Of a stretch of 64,000 bases of DNA, positions 48,661 through 58,858 are shown one piece after another. The stretch lies in the NCBI GenBank assembly GCA_041747555.1, contig JBGTEY010000013.1, positions 80,814 to 144,813 of the forward strand, in the 5' to 3' direction. A model generated the notes under the pieces. It was given only the letters and a program-made list of their open reading frames with translations. It was not told where the DNA came from and ran no database searches. How positions within the stretch are numbered: position 1 is the stretch's first letter; each line of letters begins with the position of its first letter. The DNA is from Patescibacteria group bacterium (GTDB lineage: Bacteria; Patescibacteriota; Microgenomatia; UBA1400; PJMF01). Position numbers and translations under genes: made by a program.

Positions 48661-49831
48661 ATCAATCCACATCGCTATTGATTGCAATGAAGCAAATATT
48701 AAAAACAGGGTTGGGAGTAATGTCTATGCCTACAACATACTTATGGCACTGCAAGGGCTAGCAAAAACAAACAAGATCACGTGCACACTTTTTCATGCTG
48801 AAAAACTTGTTGATGATATGCCTAAGCAAGCAGCGAACTGGCGATATCAACACATCGGTCCACGCAAATTTTGGACTCAGTGGGCACTTCCCAGGCAGCT
48901 TTTTTCTGAAAAAGATACATTCGATGCATTTTTTACACCAGGGCACTATGCGCCGCGATTCTGCCCAATACCCAGTGTCGTTTCTGTCATGGACACAGCG
49001 TATCTAGTATATCCAGAACAATTTCGCCGCAGAGATTATTTGCAACTAAAGATGTGGACACAGTACAGCGTACAGCAAGCAGCAAAAGTCATTGCAATTA
49101 GCGATTTTACCAAATCAGAAGTGTGCAAATATTACAAAAAGGAAGAAAAAGATGTTGTCGTCGCCTCACCGGCCGCACCAGAGAAGATAGCACTGCCAAA
49201 CCAACAAAAACAACTGTCCATGCTCAAAGCTCTTCGTGTTTCAAAACCATACTTCTTATTCGTTGGTACAGTACAGCCAAGAAAAAATATTGAACAACTC
49301 ATAACCGCATTTGAAATTTTTGTGACTGATGTGCTCCAAAGTTCATCAGTCACTCCTCAATTCAGTGAGTATCAGCTTGTGATAGCCGGAAAAATTGGTT
49401 GGATGGCTGACCCGATAGTACAGCGGGCAAAAGAGTCACCGGTTACTGATCAAATACTGCTCACCAATTATGTGATGGATGACGAAAAAGCCGTGCTGTA
49501 CTCCAACGCCACTGCTACAATACTACCCGGTCTCTACGAAGGATTTGGCATCCCACCTCTCGAGGCTATGCAGTATGGAAGCATCCCAATTGTATCGAAT
49601 TCTTCGAGTTTGCCAGAGGTAGTTGGAGACGCTGGATTTAAAATAGATCCAACTTCTTCAGAAGAACTTGCCGCTGCACTTCAGAGCGTTGCAAAGCTTA
49701 CAGATTCAGAGCGAAAAAAAATGCTTGTCGAGGGTCAGAAGCAGGCTCAGAAATTTTCATGGAAAGAGAGTGCGAAAACTATACTTTCAACAATTCAAAA
49801 CGTCGCCTCAGATAAAAACAATGTCAAATAA
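48653..49831 (+). CDS. GT4 glycosyltransferase (MtfB-like)
   Basis: VGTVQPRKN, YEGFGIPPLEAM, SSLPEV, FSW. Confidence 0.92.
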   Translation: MAKSIHIAIDCNEANIKNRVGSNVYAYNILMALQGLAKTNKITCTLFHAEKLVDDMPKQAANWRYQHIGPRKFWTQWALPRQLFSEKDTFDAFFTPGHYAPRFCPIPSVVSVMDTAYLVYPEQFRRRDYLQLKMWTQYSVQQAAKVIAISDFTKSEVCKYYKKEEKDVVVASPAAPEKIALPNQQKQLSMLKALRVSKPYFLFVGTVQPRKNIEQLITAFEIFVTDVLQSSSVTPQFSEYQLVIAGKIGWMADPIVQRAKESPVTDQILLTNYVMDDEKAVLYSNATATILPGLYEGFGIPPLEAMQYGSIPIVSNSSSLPEVVGDAGFKIDPTSSEELAAALQSVAKLTDSERKKMLVEGQKQAQKFSWKESAKTILSTIQNVASDKNNVK

Positions 49832-50324
49832 CATGAGCGGAATTGTCATCGGAATAGACCCAGGATTTGACCGCCTCGGGTGGGCTGTCGGAACGATTGA
49901 AAACCGGTCGGTGAAAGTTCTCGACTTTGGTTGTATTACGCCCAAGTCATCGCCTGACTACTTCAAAAGACTTTCAGACTTACAATCTGAATTCTCAAAA
50001 GTGTTAGAAAAGTACAACCCTGTTACTGCCGCCATTGAAACACTTTTTTTCTCAAAAAATAAAACTTCAGCGCTGGCAGTCAGTGAATCAAGGGGAATCG
50101 TGATCGGTCGTCTTGTAGCCACTCAATGCTCGATCCATGAATACAACCCCAATACCATTAAAGCTACCGTGACAGGTTCTGGCACTGCCTCTAAGGCGGA
50201 AGTAACCAAAATGGTAGTCCTGCAAACAGGCATATCGGCAACTGGCCATCATGATGACGCCATCGATGCTGTTGCAATACTGCTGACACATGCCATACTC
50301 AGTGGCACTCGTCATCTTGCCTGA
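49821..50324 (+). CDS. ruvC: Holliday junction resolvase RuvC
   Basis: IGIDPG...GW, AIETLFF.KN, ESRG, EYNP..IK..VTGSG.ASK, DDAIDA. True start is 49821 or 49833, not 49668. Confidence 0.95.
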   Translation: MSNNMSGIVIGIDPGFDRLGWAVGTIENRSVKVLDFGCITPKSSPDYFKRLSDLQSEFSKVLEKYNPVTAAIETLFFSKNKTSALAVSESRGIVIGRLVATQCSIHEYNPNTIKATVTGSGTASKAEVTKMVVLQTGISATGHHDDAIDAVAILLTHAILSGTRHLA

Positions 50325-50389
50325 TGTTTTTTCTCGTCACTCACCCAAGTGCAAATTCCCGCAAGAAAGACGAACATTGTATAAAAATT

Positions 50390-50398
50390 TGATATACT
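50390..50398 (+). promoter_or_regulatory. Putative extended -10 (TGATATACT) for ruvAB
   Basis: TGn-TATACT lies 10 nt before the ruvA ATG. Confidence 0.55.
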
Positions 50399-50408
50399 CA
50401 ATAGACGT

Positions 50409-50996
50409 ATGATTGCAAAATTAACCGGCATTCCCGAACTCTTTGGTGATCACATCATTCTTACTGTTTCTGGCGTTGGATATGAAGTTCATGCGACCGC
50501 AGACGCACTCGCACTCATCAATTCTCAATCAAGTGCTGAACGTACAAACGAAATTACGCTTTACACATTTTTGTGGGTACGTGAAGACGCCCTAGAGCTC
50601 TACGGTTTTGCTTCACCAGAAGAAATTAAAATATTCAAGTATTTACTCCAGGTTTCTGGGGTTGGCCCAAAAACCGCCTTGGCAATTACTAATCAAGGAG
50701 TAAAACCCATTGTCGAAGCCGTGCAATCAGGTAACGTATCATTCTTCAAATCAGTCCCTCGCGTTGGCAAACGATCGGCTCAGAAAATTATAATAGAACT
50801 CACTCCAAAGCTCGGCGCGCTAGAAGAACTAGATTTGACTCCGCTCAGCGATATTCACCGAGATGTGTTCGAAGCGCTTGTCTCACTTGGGTATGATGAG
50901 CAAGCTGTTAGCAAAGTTGTTCGATCGCTGGATGTTGAAACTTTAGAACTCAAGTCAGCCATCCAAAGAGCAATTAAGGAATTAAGCACTCAATGA
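50409..50996 (+). CDS. ruvA: Holliday junction branch migration protein RuvA
   Basis: GVGYEV, VREDALELYGF, VSGVGPKTA, VGKRSAQKIIIEL, ALVSLGY. Confidence 0.96.
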   Translation: MIAKLTGIPELFGDHIILTVSGVGYEVHATADALALINSQSSAERTNEITLYTFLWVREDALELYGFASPEEIKIFKYLLQVSGVGPKTALAITNQGVKPIVEAVQSGNVSFFKSVPRVGKRSAQKIIIELTPKLGALEELDLTPLSDIHRDVFEALVSLGYDEQAVSKVVRSLDVETLELKSAIQRAIKELSTQ

Positions 50997-52000
50997 CAGA
51001 CACTACATTAGAAGTATTACATTTACCGAGCAGTCCTGAAGATGATCATCTGATAGTTTCGTTGCGTGCTCAAAATTGGGATGAATTTTTTGGGCAAGAG
51101 CACGTTAAGGAGTCACTAAGCATCGCCATCACCGCTGCTAAAGGCAGGAATGAGCCGCTCGATCATACGCTATTTTATGGCCCACCGGGTTTGGGGAAAA
51201 CTACCCTAGCACACATCATCGCTCGCGAGCTGGGCTCACAATTAACCGTTACTTCTGGTACCGCACTCTCAAAAGCTGGAGATTTAGCAGCAATTCTGAC
51301 CAATCTCAAGCCAGGAGACGTTCTATTTGTTGATGAAATTCACCGATTGCCAAAGGTTGTAGAAGAAACGCTCTATCCAGCTATGGAAGATTTTGCGCTC
51401 GATATCGTGATCGGAAAAGGACCTGCAGCGCGCACGATTCGACTTGATCTCCCGCAATTTACCTTAATTGGTGCAACGACACGCTTTGGATTGCTTGCAG
51501 GGCCATTTCGAGACAGATTTGGATTGATTCAGCGGCTTAGGTATTACGAATTCCAACAACTCGCAAGAGTTTTGCACAAAGCTGCCAAAAAATTAGGCAT
51601 TGAGCTCACCGATGAAGGCGCAGAAGCAATTGCCAAACGATCCAGAGGAACACCTAGAATTGCCCTCAAACTCCTCAAGCGAGTCCGCGATTACGTTGAA
51701 GTCGACGGTGGGACTGAAATTACACCAAAAATGGTAGATCATGCGCTTGATCTATTCGCAATTGATATTCTCGGACTTGGAGAGGCAGATAGAAGACTAT
51801 TGATCCAGCTTATCGACAAACACGAAGGTGGTCCGATTGGGCTTTCAACGATTAGCGCCACTCTCAATGAAGATGCACAAACAATTGAGGAGGTACTTGA
51901 GCCCTATCTTATCCAACTTGGGTTCATGAAGAGAACCCCGCAAGGCCGAGTTATTACCAAAAAAGCATACGACCACCTCAAAAAACCATACACAAAGTAA
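50993..52000 (+). CDS. ruvB: Holliday junction branch migration helicase RuvB
   Basis: GPPGLGKTTLA, DEIHRL, LYPAMEDF, GATTR, RDRFG, RGTPR, RTPQGR. Confidence 0.98.
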   Translation: MTDTTLEVLHLPSSPEDDHLIVSLRAQNWDEFFGQEHVKESLSIAITAAKGRNEPLDHTLFYGPPGLGKTTLAHIIARELGSQLTVTSGTALSKAGDLAAILTNLKPGDVLFVDEIHRLPKVVEETLYPAMEDFALDIVIGKGPAARTIRLDLPQFTLIGATTRFGLLAGPFRDRFGLIQRLRYYEFQQLARVLHKAAKKLGIELTDEGAEAIAKRSRGTPRIALKLLKRVRDYVEVDGGTEITPKMVDHALDLFAIDILGLGEADRRLLIQLIDKHEGGPIGLSTISATLNEDAQTIEEVLEPYLIQLGFMKRTPQGRVITKKAYDHLKKPYTK

Positions 52001-52056
52001 CCAAGTATTATCTCTTAAAAAAAATACCCAATACTGCACATACTCAAAAACTCACG

Positions 52057-52062
52057 TATACT
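52057..52062 (+). promoter_or_regulatory. Putative -10 (TATACT), leaderless start
   Basis: TATACT lies 6 nt before the ATG at 52069. Confidence 0.55.
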
Positions 52063-52068
52063 ACGGCT

Positions 52069-52659
52069 ATGTCAGATCCACTTCATGTAAAGATAGTCCG
52101 TCGACTACAGGCTATCTGGCTCGAATCTCTTACTGGTTGGTTGTGGTGGGGTGTGGGTTTTATTCCGAGTCACATGATTCGAAACCTTAACTATAGACTG
52201 TGCGGAATGAAAATAGGCAGGGGATCAACCATCCACATGATGGCGCGAATTTACGACCCTCGCTATATTTCAATCGGAAACGATAGTATTTTGGGTGAAA
52301 AAATTACGCTTGATGGCCGAAGACAGTTACCTGGATCGAAAGGTGCAATCACAATTGGCGATCATGTGGACATAGCTTCAGAAGTTATGATTTGGACGGC
52401 AAAACATGATATCTCTGATCCAAAGTTTGCACCAATTGAATCCCCAGTTGTAATTGGCGATTACGTCTTCATTGGTCCACGAGCAATAATTATGCCCGGT
52501 GTAACTATTGGGCGAGGGGCAATTGTTGCTGCTGGAGCTGTGGTGACAAAAAACGTTCCAGAGCTTGCTATTGTCGCAGGTATTCCAGCAGAAAAAATTA
52601 GCGAACGCGACCCATCAGTTCTTACGTACAAGCTCGGTCGAGCTCGACTTTTTCAATAA
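52069..52659 (+). CDS. Hexapeptide-repeat (LbH) O-acyltransferase
   Basis: IGxx repeats, HD, PVVIGDYVFIG..AIIMPGVTIGRGAIVAAGAVVTK...AGIPA. Confidence 0.92.
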   Translation: MSDPLHVKIVRRLQAIWLESLTGWLWWGVGFIPSHMIRNLNYRLCGMKIGRGSTIHMMARIYDPRYISIGNDSILGEKITLDGRRQLPGSKGAITIGDHVDIASEVMIWTAKHDISDPKFAPIESPVVIGDYVFIGPRAIIMPGVTIGRGAIVAAGAVVTKNVPELAIVAGIPAEKISERDPSVLTYKLGRARLFQ

Positions 52660-52677
52660 ATAGTACTGGGCACAGTC

Positions 52678-53655
52678 ATGAGTTCTCAAACAACCCTACT
52701 ATCGATAATTATTGTGAGTTACAACACAGCTCGCCTGACTCTGCAAACTATTAAATCTACACTTAAAGACATTGAAAGCACAGAAGATTTGCGCACAACG
52801 AGTGAAATAATTGTGGTCGATAATAACTCAAGCGACAACACGCTTGAGCGTATTACTAGCCTCAAAAAAACAACTCAGACACTCATTACAATTATAAAAA
52901 ACAAAAAAAACCTTGGATTCGCAACTGCAAATAACCAAGGTATCGAAGTAGCAAAAGGACGCTGCATCTTACTCCTCAACTCGGATACCATCGTGCAACG
53001 AGGCTCTCTCAAAAAACTTGTAGATGCACTCCATCCAACACCTGCCATCGAGAACCTCGGCATAATTGCTGCCCGACTTGAAAACCAGGATGGTAGCTAT
53101 CAAGCTCAAGGGGGATCCCTCCCCACGCTCTTCAGACTGGCAACTCAAATGTTTGGTATTGATGATATTCCAGTGATCGGAACCCTACTTCCATCAATGC
53201 AAGAGACTGGACTCAATTATTCACAACCAACCAAACAAGATGACCTGCTTTCTGAGTTGTACGAAATTGGCTGGGTCGCAGGAACAGCTATGATGATCCA
53301 TCGATCTGTAATTGACAGCATCGGCGACCTCGACGAAGGAATTTTCATGTATGCAGAAGACATAGAGTATTGCGTCAGAGCGCAAGATCACCACATTGCC
53401 TGCGCTATTCACTCAGGCGCTTCAGTTACACATTTAAAAAATGCGAGTGGCTCACAAGAAGCAGCCATTCTCGGTGAATTTAGAGGACTCTTATATCTAT
53501 GGGCAAAACATCGTCCCTTATGGGAATATCGCGCTGCTCGACTCATTCTGATAATCGGAGCATGTATTAGAATTGTCTTGTTTGGTACAATTATGGGCGA
53601 CAAGACTAGAGCAAATGCATACAAAAAAGCGCTCTCAGAAATACGCAGCACATGA
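52678..53655 (+). CDS. GT2 family glycosyltransferase
   Basis: IIVSYN, DNNSSD, NLGFATANN, LLNSD, FMYAEDIEYC. Confidence 0.9.
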   Translation: MSSQTTLLSIIIVSYNTARLTLQTIKSTLKDIESTEDLRTTSEIIVVDNNSSDNTLERITSLKKTTQTLITIIKNKKNLGFATANNQGIEVAKGRCILLLNSDTIVQRGSLKKLVDALHPTPAIENLGIIAARLENQDGSYQAQGGSLPTLFRLATQMFGIDDIPVIGTLLPSMQETGLNYSQPTKQDDLLSELYEIGWVAGTAMMIHRSVIDSIGDLDEGIFMYAEDIEYCVRAQDHHIACAIHSGASVTHLKNASGSQEAAILGEFRGLLYLWAKHRPLWEYRAARLILIIGACIRIVLFGTIMGDKTRANAYKKALSEIRST

Positions 53656-55334
53656 AGAAGACTCATTCTCCGTTGACAAAAATGATAACTTGGTTTGATC
53701 GGTATGGTTTACTGACACTCGCAAGTTTTCTGGTCGTATTTTTACCACTATATCCCAAATTGCCACTTTTTGATGTCATCCCGGGATATATCGTACGCGT
53801 AAGAGTCGAAGATATCCTGATACTTTTTGTGAGCGCCATTTGGGCAATGCAAGTGTATAGAAAGAAGATTGTCTGGAAAAACCCGCTTAACCCGCTGATT
53901 GGCCTGTACGCACTTGCTGGAATCGCTTCTATTTTTTCCGCCATAGTTATTTTGGGAACAATTCCACTCGAGACTATTCATCTTGCAAAATCAACGCTAC
54001 ATTTCCTTAGATATATCGAGTACTTCATGCTCTTTTTTATATTTTTCTCTAGTATCCAGAAGAAAAAGGACGTGCTTGTCATTCTTACAGTTCTGGTGGC
54101 AACTGTCATGATGATTGCGGTGTATGGCATTGGGCAAAAATATTTTTATTGGCCTGTGTACTCAACCATGAATCGAGAATTTAGCAAGGGTGTACGACTT
54201 ATCTTGACCGAGCATGCTCGTGTTCAATCAACATTTGGTGGACACTATGATTTGGCAGCATACCTTGTAATAACTTTGCCACTGCTGCTGAGCATTGGAG
54301 TAGCTGCAAAAAAACAAAGTATAAAAGTGATGATATGGCTCGCGTTTACTCTAGGTGTGTGGCTCCTCGTAGTCAGTGGCGCCAGAATGTCATTTGCTTC
54401 TTATATCATTGCTGTGAGTGTTACCATTGCGCTCCTTGCGTTCAAAAAAAAGAACTGGCGCGAGCGTATACGGTGGGGAGTATCACGAATTGCGCTGGTT
54501 GGATTTCTAACCTTCATTATTTTCTTAAGTTTTGGCGAAGATATGTATGAGCGATTTTTACAAACACTCGAAGCATATCCCGAATTACACGAACCTTACC
54601 ATCAAGCTAACGATCAAAGAAAAGAACTAGTGCAAGCATACATCCTAACGCCACTTGGTCTTCAAAACATGAAAATTACCAAGCCTGATAATGCAATCAC
54701 AACTGATGAAGCTGCCGTTATGGTTTCATCTGATCAGCAACCCACCCCACTCGAATCTGACACCAGACGTCCGAGTGATGTCTATGTTGAAGTCCCGAAT
54801 ATTCAACAAGTTGAAACAACCTCTGAAACGGGCGAGACTACCATCACCTACATTGAAACTGAACGAGTCTATTCTGAAAATGCACTTCGTCACGGGCTCT
54901 CACTTGCGATTCGTCTCGATACGCTGTGGCCTCAGGCAATTGCAGGATTTGAACGTAATCCACTCTTGGGAACTGGCTATGCGACACTTAATAAACAAAG
55001 TCCTACGCACTTTACAGAGGCCGATAGCACAGATAATAATTTCTTAAGGACACTTGGAGAAACTGGCTTGCTTGGTTTTGTCACATTTTATGGAATAATC
55101 TTATTTGCAATGCATCAAGCATATTCTCTTGCTCGCTTACACAGCAGTGATTCCATCGAGACCGCCGTCGCAATTGGTTTTTTTGGTGCGAGCTTTGGCC
55201 TATTATTGAATGCGCTCTATATAGATGTTTTTGCGGCATCAAAAGTTGCACTTGCCTACTGGAGTCTTGCGGGTGTGGTTATTGCACTGGCGAGACTAAG
55301 TTCTCAAAAAAAAGTAGCAAAGCAATCAAAATGA
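53652..55334 (+). CDS. O-antigen ligase / Wzy_C family membrane protein
   Basis: About 12 TM segments, R..STF, SGAR, large loop with IRLDTLWP, NPLLGTGY, DNNFLR.LGETG.LG. Confidence 0.82.
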   Translation: MKKTHSPLTKMITWFDRYGLLTLASFLVVFLPLYPKLPLFDVIPGYIVRVRVEDILILFVSAIWAMQVYRKKIVWKNPLNPLIGLYALAGIASIFSAIVILGTIPLETIHLAKSTLHFLRYIEYFMLFFIFFSSIQKKKDVLVILTVLVATVMMIAVYGIGQKYFYWPVYSTMNREFSKGVRLILTEHARVQSTFGGHYDLAAYLVITLPLLLSIGVAAKKQSIKVMIWLAFTLGVWLLVVSGARMSFASYIIAVSVTIALLAFKKKNWRERIRWGVSRIALVGFLTFIIFLSFGEDMYERFLQTLEAYPELHEPYHQANDQRKELVQAYILTPLGLQNMKITKPDNAITTDEAAVMVSSDQQPTPLESDTRRPSDVYVEVPNIQQVETTSETGETTITYIETERVYSENALRHGLSLAIRLDTLWPQAIAGFERNPLLGTGYATLNKQSPTHFTEADSTDNNFLRTLGETGLLGFVTFYGIILFAMHQAYSLARLHSSDSIETAVAIGFFGASFGLLLNALYIDVFAASKVALAYWSLAGVVIALARLSSQKKVAKQSK

Positions 55335-56773
55335 AAATTCCTACGGTCTCAATCAGACATTCCTTACTTTGGCTGATCGTTTTGCTCTCAGTTTTTCTCA
55401 GACTCTATCGAATAGAATACCCACTTTTAGATTGGCATAGTTTTAGACAAGCAGACACAGCATCAGTGACACAAGAGTATGTAAAAAATGGTATCGATCT
55501 ACTTAGACCCCGGTACCACGATGTCTCGAATATCCAAAGCGGTTACGAAAATCCAGAGGGTTACAGAATGGTTGAGTTTCCAATTATCAATGCGGCAATT
55601 GCTGCACTGATTAGGGCAATTCCACAGTTGCCACTCGTTCCGATTAGTAGGGGTGGTTCAATACTTTTTTCAATTGGCACCTTACTTTCTATCTTTTATT
55701 TGACTAAAAAGTTGAGTGGCACGACCGTGGCATACCTCGCAAGTTTTTTCTTTGCTGTCCTGCCATATAGCATTTACTATTCAAGAGTCATCCTTCCAGA
55801 GCCCGCCATGCTGTTTCTCTCTACGTTTTCGCTCTTTGCATTTTCGCAGTGGCTGACGAGCAATAAACCTAAGTGGTGGTTTTTGAGTACCGTGTCGCTC
55901 GCCTTTGCGCTTCTTTTAAAACCATTTGCCGCATTCTTAGGTCCAGTGTATTTGGCGCTGCTCTATCACCATGATGAACTGAAGTTCTACAAACGATGGC
56001 CTTGGTTAATAGCTTATGGTCTCATCTCATTTGCCCCTCTCCTTTGGTGGAGATCATGGATTGAGCAGTTTCCGAGCGGCATTCCCGCAAATGACTGGCT
56101 GATGAATGGAAACAATATTCGATTTAGACCAGCCTGGATACGATGGCTTGGTTATGAACGCCTCACCAAACTTCTTCTGGGATTTGTGGGAGTAATCTTC
56201 CTCCCGCTTGCTTTTATCAAAGATTCTGCCGACCGCCTTATATATTTTGTGTGGTGGGTAAGCATTGGTTTATTTTTTGTTGTGTTTGCCACAGGAAATG
56301 TTCAGCACGATTACTACCAAATCATCATGATTCCAATAGTATCAATCACATTAGCCAAAGGTGTACGCTTTGCATTTGATGAAATAGAAAAAAAATCATC
56401 TCACTTTGTAGCGTTCTTTCTTATAAGTGGATTGATTTTGGGAATGCTGACACTGAGCTGGAACCAAGTCAGTGGGTGGTTTAACGTAAACCATTGGGAG
56501 TATGCAAAGGCAGGTCAGGTTGCTGACGAGTGGTTGCCAGAGGATGCTCGAGTTATTGCTCCTGCATTTGGCGATACCGGCTTCCTGTTTCAAACGAAGA
56601 GAGTGGGATGGCCCATTGGGTTTGAAATTCAAGATAAAATAGACGCTGGTGCAACTCATTACGTTACCTCAAGCTTTGACGACGAAGCAAATCAACTAAA
56701 AGAGGAATATTTTATAGTAGTAGAAACTGATGATTACATCATACTTGATCTCAGAACGAAGAAAGACTCATGA
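55331..56773 (+). CDS. GT-C membrane glycosyltransferase (ArnT-like)
   Basis: DWHSFRQADT, EFP, YSRVILPEP, LLKP, HDYYQ. Confidence 0.82.
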   Translation: MKIPTVSIRHSLLWLIVLLSVFLRLYRIEYPLLDWHSFRQADTASVTQEYVKNGIDLLRPRYHDVSNIQSGYENPEGYRMVEFPIINAAIAALIRAIPQLPLVPISRGGSILFSIGTLLSIFYLTKKLSGTTVAYLASFFFAVLPYSIYYSRVILPEPAMLFLSTFSLFAFSQWLTSNKPKWWFLSTVSLAFALLLKPFAAFLGPVYLALLYHHDELKFYKRWPWLIAYGLISFAPLLWWRSWIEQFPSGIPANDWLMNGNNIRFRPAWIRWLGYERLTKLLLGFVGVIFLPLAFIKDSADRLIYFVWWVSIGLFFVVFATGNVQHDYYQIIMIPIVSITLAKGVRFAFDEIEKKSSHFVAFFLISGLILGMLTLSWNQVSGWFNVNHWEYAKAGQVADEWLPEDARVIAPAFGDTGFLFQTKRVGWPIGFEIQDKIDAGATHYVTSSFDDEANQLKEEYFIVVETDDYIILDLRTKKDS

Positions 56774-57969
56774 ATATTTTAATGCTCACTCCCTACTTAC
56801 CATATCCACTGCTATCAGGGGGTCAAATTCGTACCTACAATCTGCTAAAAAAGCTTTCAAAAAAACACAAGATCACACTGTTTGCGCTCATAAAAGACCA
56901 TCAAGAAAAAGAGCACATTCCAGAATTAGCAAAGTATTGTAGTGAAATACAGGTATTCAAGCGATCGAGTACGCCCTTTACACTCAAAAACATTCTTCAA
57001 ACCGGATTATCATCCTATCCTTTTTTGGTCATACGAAACCACGTACCAGAGGTAACAACAGCGGTGAAAAAAGCCTTAGCTACAAATACGTATGACCTCA
57101 TTCATGCTGAAACCTTTTATATGATGCCGCATTTGCCAAAGACCACCATACCAACACTTCTTGTGGAACAAACCATTGAATATGTCGGCTACGAAAGTTA
57201 TGCCAAAAAGGCACCGTTATTCCTCAAGCCATTTTTAGCAATCGATATTGCTAAAATCAAACACTGGGAAATGTACTACTGGAACACTGCAGACAGTCTT
57301 ATCGTGATGAGCGACGAAGATAAGTCATATATTCAACAGTATGTCAAAAATCCTGAAAAAGTTGAGGTTGTCGCAAATGGTGTGGACACTAAATGGTTTA
57401 ACGAAAAATCTGAAAAAAAAGTTAAAAAACCAACCGTACTGTTTGTCGGCACCTTTAAGTGGCTCCCTAATGTTGAAGCAGTCACTTTTTTGGCTGAAAA
57501 AGTCTGGCCAGCTATCCGTGCAGCAATACCTGATGCATTACTTTGGATCGTTGGAAATGCACCAACAGAGAAAATTCTTTCTTATCAAAACACGCCAGGT
57601 ATAAAAGTAACAGGCACAATTCCTGATATTCGCGATGCATTTGCAGGATCAGACTTACTGATTGCTCCAGTGCTGAGTGGAAAGGGCACACGATATAAGG
57701 TATTAGAAGCTATGGCGTCGGGCACACCAATTGTCGCTACCCACACAGCTGTCGAGGGTCTTGATGTTACGAATACCGTTCATGCTATGATTGCAGATGA
57801 ACCAGAACAATTAGCAGAGCAGGTCGTAACACTTTTGCAAAATAAAGATTTAAGAAAGTCACTCGCCGACAAGGGTCGAGCATTTGTTAAAAAACGCTAC
57901 GATTGGTCTCTAATTGCTGATGAATTAGACTCAATTTATAAAAAATTTGGAACCACAAGCCGAGATTAA
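56770..57969 (+). CDS. GT4 family glycosyltransferase
   Basis: PYP..SGG.IR, VANGVD, FVGTFKW.PN, G.GTRYKVLEAMASG. Confidence 0.9.
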   Translation: MNILMLTPYLPYPLLSGGQIRTYNLLKKLSKKHKITLFALIKDHQEKEHIPELAKYCSEIQVFKRSSTPFTLKNILQTGLSSYPFLVIRNHVPEVTTAVKKALATNTYDLIHAETFYMMPHLPKTTIPTLLVEQTIEYVGYESYAKKAPLFLKPFLAIDIAKIKHWEMYYWNTADSLIVMSDEDKSYIQQYVKNPEKVEVVANGVDTKWFNEKSEKKVKKPTVLFVGTFKWLPNVEAVTFLAEKVWPAIRAAIPDALLWIVGNAPTEKILSYQNTPGIKVTGTIPDIRDAFAGSDLLIAPVLSGKGTRYKVLEAMASGTPIVATHTAVEGLDVTNTVHAMIADEPEQLAEQVVTLLQNKDLRKSLADKGRAFVKKRYDWSLIADELDSIYKKFGTTSRD

Positions 57970-57976
57970 TGCACAT

Positions 57977-58858
57977 ATGCCAAAAAATTTACCAGCTGAT
58001 CTTGAAATAATAATTCTCACCTACAACAGTCAATTTTGGCTTAAAAAAGCACTTACAACACTTAAAGAGCATGTGCTCAGATCAAGTAAATATACGATTA
58101 TGGTTACTGTCGTGGACAATGATTCTGATGATGAGTCGGTACAAATGGTACATCAGGAATTTAAGTGGGTAAATCTCATTGAACAAACAGAAAATGTAGG
58201 ATTTGCTGCAGGAAATAATGTTGCGCTCAAAAAAACAACCGCTCGATATGCAATGCTTGTCAATTCTGATATTGAGTTCACCGATGCTTCTGATTTAGAC
58301 ATATTAATCAAGTATATGGATGACAATACTGAGGTCGGAATCATCACGCCAAGAGTTGAATTCACTGATGGCACGTTGGATCCTGCGTGTCATAGAGGCG
58401 AACCAACTCCATGGGTGATGGCAACGTATGTCATGGGGTTAGAAAATATTTTTCCCACCTCCAAATTATTTGGCTCGTATCATCAGGGTTACAAAGACAT
58501 CTCCAGCATTCACAGAATAGACGCTTGCTCAGGAGCCAGTTTGCTTATTAGATCAAAGATCATTAAAAAAATAGGACTGATGGACGAGCGTTACTTCATG
58601 TATGCCGAAGATTTAGATTGGTGCAAAGCAGCGAGAGATTCAGGATACGATATTGTTTTTCATCCCGACGTTCAAGTGATACACCATAAATATAAATCTG
58701 GAATTAAAAGTAGCTCACAGAAAATTGCCCGTCAAACAAAACGACACTTTTACAACACCATGCTACAATACTACGATAAACACTATCGCTCATCGTATCC
58801 AGAATTCGTCAGAGCAATAATAAAGTACTTAGTAATAATAAAGTTAGGAGCACTATGA
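57977..58858 (+). CDS. GT2 glycosyltransferase (WbbL-like)
   Basis: VVDNDS, NVGFAAGNN, VNSD, ACHRG.PTP, YFMYAEDLDWC. Start set to ATG 57977. Confidence 0.9.
   Translation: MPKNLPADLEIIILTYNSQFWLKKALTTLKEHVLRSSKYTIMVTVVDNDSDDESVQMVHQEFKWVNLIEQTENVGFAAGNNVALKKTTARYAMLVNSDIEFTDASDLDILIKYMDDNTEVGIITPRVEFTDGTLDPACHRGEPTPWVMATYVMGLENIFPTSKLFGSYHQGYKDISSIHRIDACSGASLLIRSKIIKKIGLMDERYFMYAEDLDWCKAARDSGYDIVFHPDVQVIHHKYKSGIKSSSQKIARQTKRHFYNTMLQYYDKHYRSSYPEFVRAIIKYLVIIKLGAL

Noticed and set aside
49668-49820. Long N-terminal extension of RuvC in the ORF track
   Set aside because: It overlaps the upstream GT4 by over 150 nt; the RuvC fold begins at IGIDPG, so the start is 49821 or 49833.
49821-50324. RuvC domain as a sign of a Cas9/Cas12/TnpB system
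   Set aside because: It is a ~165-aa stand-alone resolvase followed by ruvA and ruvB; no repeat-spacer array or transposon ends were seen.
50371-50390. Possible LexA/SOS box (CGAACATTGT...) upstream of ruvA
   Set aside because: Only a GAAC half-site; no matching GTTC at the Gram-positive spacing and no convincing palindrome.
52001-52068. Weak inverted repeat (AGTATT...AATACT) after ruvB as a terminator
   Set aside because: AT-only 6-bp stem, long loop and no U-tract; not supportable.
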